Source: an uncultured Bacilli bacterium
Lineage (GTDB): Bacteria > Bacillota_I > Bacilli_A > RFN20 > CAG-826
Reading direction: 5' to 3'
Assembly: GCA_947625975.1 (NCBI GenBank)
Contig: CANQQL010000003.1
Location: 1-47,013 of the forward strand
DNA: 47,013 nucleotides
Each line of letters starts with the position of its first letter. The first letter of the stretch is position 1. The notes beneath the pieces were generated by a model that saw nothing but the letters and a program-made list of their open reading frames with translations, did no database searches and had not been told where the DNA came from. The translations under genes were made by a program, and so were the position numbers. Shown piece by piece: positions 26,774-35,375 of the stretch.

Positions 26774-28288
26774 TAAATAATTTACAAATGCAAGAAGTTG
26801 TTTTGTACCCTCAGGCGTATGCTTAAACACAGCGGAGTTTTCTAAAATTTTTGCACATATTTCATTGACACCGGAAATTACCATTTCATGAGCAAACTCG
26901 GCAGTATTATTTGTTCCATATCGTTGTATTAATTCATTAATAAATTGTCGATGTATTTCAAAATCAGTATTTTCTTTTATAAACTCATCTAATTTATTAT
27001 GTTCTCCGCATAGTATTTTCTCTATCTCAGAAAGTTGACGTTTTAATCTTGCTGGTAAAATATATAAACCGGCTGATTCAATTAAACCGATACCCTCGGA
27101 TTTTATATTATGAAATTCTCGATGTGAATGAAAAATTCCTTCTGGATGCTTTTCTGATGTCCGGTTATTACGCAGAACCAAGTAAGCAATATATGTGTTA
27201 CCTACTTTTCGGACAATCGGTGTGACTGTATTATGTTGCCCTTCATTATCATAAGCGACAATTTCTGCTTCTAAATCATTATATGAATACCATTTTTCAT
27301 AAATCTCTGTCATAAGTAAAAGAATTTGATTTTTATCGTTTGACTCGATTTTGAAAGTGGAATTAAAGAAATTTAAGTAAGACAATGTACATTTATCGTA
27401 TTTTTCATAGCAAAACTCCAGTTCGTTTTGCGCTTTGGTAATGGGAAGAAGATGCTTTCCTCCTTGAAAATGCTCGTGATTTAGAATAGAACCTCCGACA
27501 ATCGGTAATTCCGAGTTGGATCCGATGAAATAACAGGGGAAAATATCCACAAAATCAAGTAATTTTTTAAACTTATCTTTACCCATTGTCATATTCTTAT
27601 GCTCAGCATCAATAACAATGCAATGTTGATCATAATAAACATAAGGCGAATATTGTAAATACCAAGGGGTATTATCTAAACTAATAGGAATAAAGCGAAG
27701 ATTTTCACGTGCCGGATGATTTAAATGACCCGCAAATCCCAAATTTTCTTTACACAGTAAACATTGGGGATATTTTTCTTCATCTTGATTACTTTTTTGT
27801 AATAATTTTGCGACATCAGTATTCTTCTTTTCCGGTTTTGACAAGTTAATAGATATTTCTAAATATTTATCTTTAAAATTTGCCACCCAAAGTAAATTTT
27901 TATCGACCGCAGTCTTTTGAATATAATTATTTTTTATTTGTAAATCGTAGAGATAATTAAAAGCATCCTGCTTGTCTTTAAAAGAATTAAATTTATTTAT
28001 TACAGCACTAGGCATCGGAGTTATAGCGCCCATTAATTCTGTTATAAATAAATTTATTTCTTCGCTTGCCACTAAATTTGTTTTTTCAAGATAATCTCTT
28101 AATTCTTGAATTAACAAGTCGGGAACTAACATGTTTTTTATTTCTTCTTCGTTTATTTTACCTTTATATGGATGAGAAACTTTTAATTTTTGCATTAATT
28201 TATTTCTTACATAAATTTCGTCGATTTCTTCTAAAGACAAATGATGTTTTGCATATGCTAATAGTTTTTCAATTGTACAAGCAATCAT
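26765..28288 (-). CDS. galT: Galactose-1-phosphate uridylyltransferase (class II, Firmicutes type)
   Basis: LEISINLSKPEK, YPQCLLCKEN, QYSPYVYYDQH, GSNSELPIVGGSILNHEHFQGG; GGAGG RBS supports ATG 28288. Confidence 0.93.
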   Translation of the reverse strand: MIACTIEKLLAYAKHHLSLEEIDEIYVRNKLMQKLKVSHPYKGKINEEEIKNMLVPDLLIQELRDYLEKTNLVASEEINLFITELMGAITPMPSAVINKFNSFKDKQDAFNYLYDLQIKNNYIQKTAVDKNLLWVANFKDKYLEISINLSKPEKKNTDVAKLLQKSNQDEEKYPQCLLCKENLGFAGHLNHPARENLRFIPISLDNTPWYLQYSPYVYYDQHCIVIDAEHKNMTMGKDKFKKLLDFVDIFPCYFIGSNSELPIVGGSILNHEHFQGGKHLLPITKAQNELEFCYEKYDKCTLSYLNFFNSTFKIESNDKNQILLLMTEIYEKWYSYNDLEAEIVAYDNEGQHNTVTPIVRKVGNTYIAYLVLRNNRTSEKHPEGIFHSHREFHNIKSEGIGLIESAGLYILPARLKRQLSEIEKILCGEHNKLDEFIKENTDFEIHRQFINELIQRYGTNNTAEFAHEMVISGVNEICAKILENSAVFKHTPEGTKQLLAFVNYLKN

Positions 28289-28416
28289 TTTTTTAACCTC
28301 CGGAAACAGTAATTTTATTATATAGTGTTTACAAAATTTTATTAAGTGTAAAAATGAAAACAATTATGAAAAAAATTTAATTATTATAGTATAATAATAA
28401 TTAAGGAGTGCAGAAA

Positions 28417-29964
28417 ATGAGAAAAAAGATTATTTTTATATTACCAATAATTGCTTTTATACTTACAGGGTGTGATATTTCCTTAGATTTTTTTAATACT
28501 GCTTGGGGAAATTCCACTAGCCGTTCAAGTGTCAGCTATAGTATTCCGGATCCTATGCCGGACTGGGGCGAGGGATATTATAAAAGCAGTCAAGTTAAGT
28601 ATACATTACGTGACGCTAACGAAAACATTGGTTGGCATACTTTAAATTCTACATCGGAACAAAAAATTCTTGTTGTGCCGGTTCAACTTAATAATGGTCC
28701 TGTTTGGACTAGTAAAATGCTTTCAAATATTTATACAGTATTTTTTGGACCAGCATCAGAAACAAGTTGGCATTCTGTATCTAGTTTTTTTGCTCAATCA
28801 AGTTATGGAAAACTAAACATAACAGGAGAAGTTACAAGCGTTTTAAATGTTACCCAATATAGTGTTTCGGAATTGAATAGACTTGGAGAAAGTGCTTCGG
28901 ATAAAGTTGCGAGCATCTTTGAAAAAAGTTCAATTGTCTCCAGTGAGAAAAAAAGAGAGTATGATCAAGATAAAGATGGATTTATTGACGCTACTATTTT
29001 CGTTTACTCAAATGATTACTCAACCGATAGTAATTCAGCGTATTGGGCTTGGTGTTATTATACGGAAAGTAGTAGTAATACCACAAATCCTAATGTAAAT
29101 AATTATATGTGGGCTAGTTATTCATTTATGAACGATTCTTATTCCGAGATAAATGGTCCGACGGGTCTTGAGGCGCATACATATATACACGAAACAGGCC
29201 ATTTGTTAGGACTAGATGACTATTATTGTTATGATGAAGATTGTCCTTGGGATTGCGCCGGTGATCGTGATATGCAAAGCTACAATATTGGCGATCACAA
29301 TATATATTCTAAAATGGCATTGGGATGGATTAGTCCCTATGTTGTCACTGATTCATGTGAAATTACATTGCGTTCATCTGCTTTGTGCGATGATGCTATT
29401 TTGATAAAAGATACGTGGAATGGCTCAATTTATGATGAGTATATTTTAATAGAATTTTACACACCTGAAGGAGCTAATGCACAAGATTCACTTTATAGAT
29501 ATGATACGAGAAACAAGATGTATAATTATTCTGGTTTAAGAATTTATCATGTTGATGCGCGTCTTGTTCAATTTCAAACAGATTTTCAAGGCTCTATAAT
29601 TAGTGCAAATTATATTGATGATTTTGTGAATAATGGATATTGCTTCGTGGGTGCTTCTAATTCTATTGATTATCAGTATTTAACCAAAAAGCAAAATCCC
29701 AATAATTATTTACGTTACTTACATCTTATTGATAAAGGTGGACGAAACACTTTACAAGCAGGCACTACTGCTAGTCCAAGAAACAATTCAATAAAAATTG
29801 ATGCCGCGAGTACTTTATGGGTTTCGGGAGATACATTCACTGCCACCAACAAATACTTTGCTAATGGTAATAATACATTTAATGATGGCAGTACAGTTGG
29901 TTATAGTGTGACTGTCGGTGAGATTAATGGAGGAACGGCTAAAGTTGTAATTAATAAAATTTAA
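28417..29964 (+). CDS. M6-family (immune inhibitor A-like) zinc metalloprotease, lipoprotein
   Basis: Lipobox ILTGC; D-x-D-x-D-G motif; HETGHLLGLDD zinc motif; YSKMALGW; EYILIE; GLRIYHVD. Confidence 0.85.
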   Translation: MRKKIIFILPIIAFILTGCDISLDFFNTAWGNSTSRSSVSYSIPDPMPDWGEGYYKSSQVKYTLRDANENIGWHTLNSTSEQKILVVPVQLNNGPVWTSKMLSNIYTVFFGPASETSWHSVSSFFAQSSYGKLNITGEVTSVLNVTQYSVSELNRLGESASDKVASIFEKSSIVSSEKKREYDQDKDGFIDATIFVYSNDYSTDSNSAYWAWCYYTESSSNTTNPNVNNYMWASYSFMNDSYSEINGPTGLEAHTYIHETGHLLGLDDYYCYDEDCPWDCAGDRDMQSYNIGDHNIYSKMALGWISPYVVTDSCEITLRSSALCDDAILIKDTWNGSIYDEYILIEFYTPEGANAQDSLYRYDTRNKMYNYSGLRIYHVDARLVQFQTDFQGSIISANYIDDFVNNGYCFVGASNSIDYQYLTKKQNPNNYLRYLHLIDKGGRNTLQAGTTASPRNNSIKIDAASTLWVSGDTFTATNKYFANGNNTFNDGSTVGYSVTVGEINGGTAKVVINKI

Positions 29965-29990
29965 TTGCACTATTTGAGGGAGAAAAATAA

Positions 29991-31142
29991 ATGAACAAAA
30001 AAAAGAAGATTATTTTGCTATCGCTTTCTGGCATTTTTGCCGTTCTTTTGCCATTTATTTTGATTGCCCAATATGGTATAGATCCGACTAACTATCAAGA
30101 AGATTATATTAATGCTTTGAAACCAATACCGACAAGGAATTTGAATTTTGATTTAGATAATGAAAATATTTCAATTACTTATGAAGCGAACACCGATTTT
30201 AAAATTCTCCAATTATCCGACACACATTTTGTAGGGGCAAGAATCGGAAGGGATTTGGATTTAAGGACTTTAAAAGCTATTTATACAATGGTTGATTTTG
30301 TTAGACCAGATTTAATCGTTTATACTGGGGATATTATCTATCCAACACGATTATTCGGTTCAAATGACAATATAAAAGCAGCAACCGTGCTTAATGCATT
30401 TTTTGAAAAAATGGAAGTACCTTTTGTTTATGAATTTGGAAATCATGATACCGAAGTATTCGCCACAGGAAATGCCAATGATATAAATGAAATATTTCAA
30501 AGCAATCCCTATTGTTACGCTAAAGATGATAATGAGGTTAGTTATAAAACAGGAAGATTATCTCAGGTAATCGAAATCAGGAATTATGATCAAAGTTTGA
30601 ATAACGCTTTAATTTTATTGGATTCTGGTTCATATAAAGATAATACATCCTTTTTTTCAGGCTATGCAAATTTTAATAATATTCATTCGAGTTGGTATGA
30701 AACGAAATTAAATCGCTTAAAAAACCAAGAAGGTTTCCAAAGTGTAAGTGAAATATCTTCGATGCTGTTTTTTCATATTCCTCCTTATGAATATAAAGAA
30801 GCCTATGAACTATATAAAAAGGGAAATGACGAAGTCACATATCTATTTGGCAAAAACGACGAATCAGTTTCTAGCCCAAAGGAACCAAGTGGATTGTTTG
30901 AAAACGTTGTGAAACTAGGTTCGACAAAGGCAATGTTTTTTGGACATGATCATATTAATACTCTAGCTTTAAGATATAAAGGAATTGATATGTATTACGG
31001 GCACTCTATTGATTATCGTGCTTATCCTACAATTAAATATACTGAAGAATATCGCGGAGGATTAGTGATAAACCTTAAGCCTGATTCCAGTTTTCAAGTT
31101 GAAGAGCAATTTTTAAAAGATATTATAGTTGAGGATAAATAG
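29991..31142 (+). CDS. Membrane-anchored calcineurin-like metallophosphoesterase
   Basis: N-terminal TM, DTH, TGD, GNHD, FFHIP, GHDHIN motifs. Confidence 0.88.
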   Translation: MNKKKKIILLSLSGIFAVLLPFILIAQYGIDPTNYQEDYINALKPIPTRNLNFDLDNENISITYEANTDFKILQLSDTHFVGARIGRDLDLRTLKAIYTMVDFVRPDLIVYTGDIIYPTRLFGSNDNIKAATVLNAFFEKMEVPFVYEFGNHDTEVFATGNANDINEIFQSNPYCYAKDDNEVSYKTGRLSQVIEIRNYDQSLNNALILLDSGSYKDNTSFFSGYANFNNIHSSWYETKLNRLKNQEGFQSVSEISSMLFFHIPPYEYKEAYELYKKGNDEVTYLFGKNDESVSSPKEPSGLFENVVKLGSTKAMFFGHDHINTLALRYKGIDMYYGHSIDYRAYPTIKYTEEYRGGLVINLKPDSSFQVEEQFLKDIIVEDK

Positions 31143-31859
31143 ATGGAATATGTTTTAATCGTAGCTTTTTTATTTATAGTAGGTTCTACAGTTGGATGGG
31201 TAATAGAATTGCTTTTTCGTCGTATATTTACGGCTAAAAGATGGATAAATCCCGGATTTTTAACTGGACCATACTTACCATTATATGGTTTTGGTTTATG
31301 TGGTTTATTTGGCCTTGCAAATATAGATTTATCGTTTATTACCAATATTAAATGGTTGCAGATAATTATAATGATATCTTTTATGACCATAGTCATGACT
31401 TTAATTGAATACATTGCGGGACTTATTTTTATTAAAGGATTAAATATTAAACTATGGGACTATACAAATCGAAAGGGTAATATTCAAGGAATTATTTGCC
31501 CATTATTTACGGCTTTTTGGGCAATTATATCTGCCTTTTATATCATTTTTATCCATAAAATTGTAATTAGTTGGGTATCATGGTTTACGAACAATATTGC
31601 TTTTTCACTATTTGTAGGGATAATACTCGGTGCGATGATTGTGGATTTTGCTTATTCTTTACATTTAGCCACAATTATAAAGAAACAAGCAAAAGGAACA
31701 AAAATTATTGTTCATTTTGAAAAACTGAAAGAAGCGTTTATCGATAAACTAAAAGCTTCTAAAGTGCGACAAGTATTTTTACTTCCTTTTAAAACAATAG
31801 GAGCATTAGGAGATAGCGTTAAAGCGTATATTGACGCGCAAAGGGATAAACAGGAGTAA
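31143..31859 (+). CDS. Putative ABC-transporter permease-like membrane protein (CmpB/TMEM229, DUF1113)
   Basis: GWVIE, NPGFLTGPYLPLYG, EYIAG, LWDY, GIICPLF..W. Confidence 0.85.
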   Translation: MEYVLIVAFLFIVGSTVGWVIELLFRRIFTAKRWINPGFLTGPYLPLYGFGLCGLFGLANIDLSFITNIKWLQIIIMISFMTIVMTLIEYIAGLIFIKGLNIKLWDYTNRKGNIQGIICPLFTAFWAIISAFYIIFIHKIVISWVSWFTNNIAFSLFVGIILGAMIVDFAYSLHLATIIKKQAKGTKIIVHFEKLKEAFIDKLKASKVRQVFLLPFKTIGALGDSVKAYIDAQRDKQE

Positions 31860-31862
31860 ATT

Positions 31863-32822
31863 ATGTTAAAAAGAAATCATAAGAAGAGAAATAATATTAA
31901 AGATATACCTTATAAAAAACGAACACAAATGCAAGAATTTAAAGTGAAAGAAAACACGACGCTACTTGACTTTTTACTTGCAAATTTAAAAGGAAAATCG
32001 CGTAATAACATTAAATCTCTTTTAACTCATCGTCAAGTGCTTGTTGATGGAGCACCGGTTACGCAATATGATTTTGCTTTATCCTGTGGTGACGTGATTA
32101 TGATTGCTCCAGCACCCGTAAAAAAAATTTTTAATCCGCAAGAAAAATTAGATATCATTTATGAAGATGAGGAAATGATTGCTATAAATAAACCATCGGG
32201 GTTACTATCCATTGCAAGTGATCGGGAAAAGGAATTAACGGCCTATCGTCTTTTAATGGATCACGTACGACAAAAAAATCCTCATAATAGAATTTATGTT
32301 GTACATAGAATCGACAAAGATACATCAGGTGTTTTAATAGTGGCAAAAAATGAAAAATTAAGAGATTTGTTACAGGATAACTGGAACAGAATTGTAAAAT
32401 ATCGTGGATATTATGCGATAATTGAAGGACAATTAAAAGAAAAAGAAGGTCGCATCAGGTCTTGGCTACGTGAAGCCTCGACAAATTTAATGTATTCTTC
32501 AAGAAAACCTGGTGACGGCAAAGAATCTATTACTAATTATAAAGTAATAAAAGAAATTACGGATTATTCTCTTTTGGATGTAAACATTGAAACAGGAAGA
32601 AAGAATCAAATAAGAGTACATATGAAAGATTTAGGGCATAACATCGTGGGAGATGAGCGATACGGAGCAACAATGAATCCCTTAAATCGCTTAGGATTGC
32701 ATGCCTATTTGTTGGAATTCATACATCCTATTACGAAAAAACTAATGTCTTTTGAAGCAAAAATGCCTGCAGAATTTATTTCTATGTTTGGTATAAAAGA
32801 AAAGCAACTGAAGAAAAAATAG
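31863..32822 (+). CDS. RluA/RluD-family pseudouridine synthase
   Basis: S4-like N-terminus, NKPSGLL, catalytic HRIDKDTSG, TGRKNQIRVH, LHA. Confidence 0.93.
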   Translation: MLKRNHKKRNNIKDIPYKKRTQMQEFKVKENTTLLDFLLANLKGKSRNNIKSLLTHRQVLVDGAPVTQYDFALSCGDVIMIAPAPVKKIFNPQEKLDIIYEDEEMIAINKPSGLLSIASDREKELTAYRLLMDHVRQKNPHNRIYVVHRIDKDTSGVLIVAKNEKLRDLLQDNWNRIVKYRGYYAIIEGQLKEKEGRIRSWLREASTNLMYSSRKPGDGKESITNYKVIKEITDYSLLDVNIETGRKNQIRVHMKDLGHNIVGDERYGATMNPLNRLGLHAYLLEFIHPITKKLMSFEAKMPAEFISMFGIKEKQLKKK

Positions 32823-32860
32823 AATCAATTTTTATCAGATTTAATTATTGTTAAATATAT

Positions 32861-32889
32861 TTTGCAAATGACTAATTATTTGCAAATCA
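32861..32889. repeat. Repeated palindromic TTTGCAAAT(G/C)A element upstream of murA
   Basis: TTTGCAAAT-GACTAATT-ATTTGCAAA; reads as both a direct and an inverted repeat. Confidence 0.6.
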
Positions 32890-32915
32890 TTTTTGTTCTA
32901 CTTGATTCATAAACT
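32887..32915 (+). promoter_or_regulatory. sigmaE-like promoter for the murA operon
   Basis: TCATT(32887-32891)-N16-CATAAACT(32908-32915). Confidence 0.5.
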
Positions 32916-32933
32916 TAATTGAGAGGGACAAAC

Positions 32934-34205
32934 ATGGAAGAAGTAATTAGAATAAAAGGACAAAAATTATTAGAAGGAACAATCCATATATCCGGAAGTA
33001 AAAATTTATGCGTGGCTCTAATTCCGGCTTCGATTTTGGCAAGAGATGTCGTGGTTATTCACAACATACCACCCATAAGTGACGTGTATAGTTTAGTGGA
33101 AATATTAGAACAATTAGGGATATGTGTAGAGTATCATCAAGACACTTTAATTATTGATTCCAGCAATGTAAAATATCACGATTTAGATATGCCGGCGATG
33201 GAGAGATTGCGGGCTTCCTATTATTTTTATTCAGTTTTACTTGGAATGTATCACAAGGTTACTGCAAGTGGTATTGGTGGTTGCCGTCTTGGAGAAAGGC
33301 CAATCGATTTGCATATAAAGGCTTTTGAACAATTGGGCACAAAATTCCAAAAACAAGAAAATAAATATATTTTTGATGGAGAAAATTTACACGCAGGTCA
33401 TATAATTTTTGATAAAATTTCAGTGGGCGCTACAATAAATGCAATTTTATTGGCCATTCAAATAAAAGGAAAAACAATAATTGAAAATGCGGCAACCGAA
33501 CCAGAAATTACCGAACTTTGCAAATTTCTGTCAAAAATGGGTGCGACAATTGAAGGCCTTGGCACGGATTGTATCGTAATAAAAGGTGGAAAAACCTTAC
33601 ACGGAACAACATTTTATAATATCCCTGATCGTATTGAAGTGGGAACATATGCCCTTATCGGCGCCGCTACGGCTAAAAATTTAATTATCAAAAATGTTAT
33701 TAAAGAGCATATTCAAGCACTTCTGGATTTGTTTGATATTTTAGAAGTAGATTATTCAATTAAAGAAAACGAACTACAGGTTAGAAAAAGCAAAATTAAA
33801 AAAGGTATAATCGTTTTAACTGCTCCTTATCCTGGATTTCCTACTGATTTGCAGCAACCATTAACTTCTTTTTTAGCGGTAAATGAAGGAACGTCCGTTA
33901 TCATTGAAAGTATATATACAAATCGCTTTGCACACATTAAGGAATTAAACGAGATGGGTGCGAATATAAATGTAACAAATATGAATATAATTATTCATGG
34001 CGTAAAAGAACTACGAGGATTAGTTGTAAATGGTAAAGATTTACGAGGTGCAGCATCTTTAGTCATTGCCGGACTTATAGCAAAGGGTGAAACAGTAGTT
34101 AGAGGTTTGGAATACATTAATCGAGGATATGAAAATATGATAAAAAAATTAAGAAAAGTACATGCAAATATAGAATTATGCATCGAAGATTTTGGAGATA
34201 ATTAA
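32934..34205 (+). CDS. murA: UDP-N-acetylglucosamine 1-carboxyvinyltransferase
   Basis: SGSKN, RASY, GGCRLGERPIDLH (catalytic Cys), SVGAT, PDRIE, YPGFPTDLQ, DLRGAASL, RGY. Confidence 0.96.
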   Translation: MEEVIRIKGQKLLEGTIHISGSKNLCVALIPASILARDVVVIHNIPPISDVYSLVEILEQLGICVEYHQDTLIIDSSNVKYHDLDMPAMERLRASYYFYSVLLGMYHKVTASGIGGCRLGERPIDLHIKAFEQLGTKFQKQENKYIFDGENLHAGHIIFDKISVGATINAILLAIQIKGKTIIENAATEPEITELCKFLSKMGATIEGLGTDCIVIKGGKTLHGTTFYNIPDRIEVGTYALIGAATAKNLIIKNVIKEHIQALLDLFDILEVDYSIKENELQVRKSKIKKGIIVLTAPYPGFPTDLQQPLTSFLAVNEGTSVIIESIYTNRFAHIKELNEMGANINVTNMNIIIHGVKELRGLVVNGKDLRGAASLVIAGLIAKGETVVRGLEYINRGYENMIKKLRKVHANIELCIEDFGDN

Positions 34206-34206
34206 C

Positions 34207-34869
34207 ATGAAAAGGCTTATAGGTTTAGTGGTTCTCTTTCCTTTGCTACTTACTATGTTAACCTCATGTAATAAATCAACATATTACATGCCTTTAGGAG
34301 ATTTTTCAGATGAGCTAATTGCGCAAATGAACGAAGGACTTAATCGAAAATGTATTGATTATTTTGCCCGAGAAAAAATGCAATCTGGTGAACTATTTAA
34401 AATTGTTGATTCTAATGCCTCTTATTTTTATGAAGGAAAGCAATATCCATTCTTTGGAGTTGCAGAAAAAGCAAATTTGTTTATTTTAAAAATAGGTTTA
34501 AATGATTTTTTGCCATCTATGACCATTGATGTATCAAACAATGTGCTTGACTATGATCGTGATTTGCTTGAAAAGCAATTAGAAATCTTTCAATATCATA
34601 TTTACCACACAATTGAAGGAATTAATGAAATAAATAGTAAGGCCGAAATTGCAATCTTGTCTGCCTATAATGATTACTTGTTTGAAGAACCAGAGCAAAA
34701 ACTTTTTAATAGCATAGTATGGCAAATCAATAATTCCTTGATGGAAATGCAAGACATTAAAAATGTAAAATATTTTTCATTGGTAGATATAAACGAACAA
34801 ATTTATCAAAACAACGCGTTGAATATTAATGAATATATTGTAAAACAATTAGAAGGTTATCGCTTATGA
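34207..34869 (+). CDS. Lipoprotein with a degenerate SGNH/GDSL-hydrolase-like fold
   Basis: Lipobox LTSC; PLGDF at block I, IGLND at block III, INSKAEIAILSAYN; no DxxH. Confidence 0.6.
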   Translation: MKRLIGLVVLFPLLLTMLTSCNKSTYYMPLGDFSDELIAQMNEGLNRKCIDYFAREKMQSGELFKIVDSNASYFYEGKQYPFFGVAEKANLFILKIGLNDFLPSMTIDVSNNVLDYDRDLLEKQLEIFQYHIYHTIEGINEINSKAEIAILSAYNDYLFEEPEQKLFNSIVWQINNSLMEMQDIKNVKYFSLVDINEQIYQNNALNINEYIVKQLEGYRL

Positions 34870-35303
34870 ACGATGGTGAAAGAAATAAATTAATCATACA
34901 TACGTCTTGGCTTTTCGAAGCATTACACAGTCAGTATCGCTCGATATTCAATGATCTGAAAATATGCTCGAATATTGGCATCTATAAGACTTCTAAAATG
35001 TTTTTGACATTTTCGCAAAATCTAAAAATGGCTTCAATTTTGCTTACACAAGCCAGTAGAAATTTTACCATGATTATCAAAAGTGCAAATCTAAACGGAA
35101 AACAAATCCAAAATATTTATAATTTATATACAAAAAGAAGCTTTTTTCAAGAACGAAAAGCATATGAAATGTTTAATAATTTACAATATGATAAAAGCAT
35201 TGCAAGCGCTAGTGAGTATAAGCAAATATATGCAAAGATGTATAATTTAAATGGTTTATATAATCAAATAGATAATAATTTTTTTCAAATGAAAGATTTT
35301 TAA
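34866..35303 (+). CDS. Hypothetical protein (145 aa)
   Basis: ATGA overlap with the upstream gene; no family recognised. Confidence 0.65.
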   Translation: MNDGERNKLIIHTSWLFEALHSQYRSIFNDLKICSNIGIYKTSKMFLTFSQNLKMASILLTQASRNFTMIIKSANLNGKQIQNIYNLYTKRSFFQERKAYEMFNNLQYDKSIASASEYKQIYAKMYNLNGLYNQIDNNFFQMKDF

Positions 35304-35321
35304 ATAATATGTGCCATATTA

Positions 35322-35350
35322 TTTATAAAAAATAAAAATTTGTATATAAT
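35322..35350 (+). promoter_or_regulatory. sigmaA promoter for the first YfhO gene
   Basis: TTTATA-N17-TATAAT. Confidence 0.5.
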
Positions 35351-35375
35351 AGACTTACTTTAAGGAGTGAGTCTA

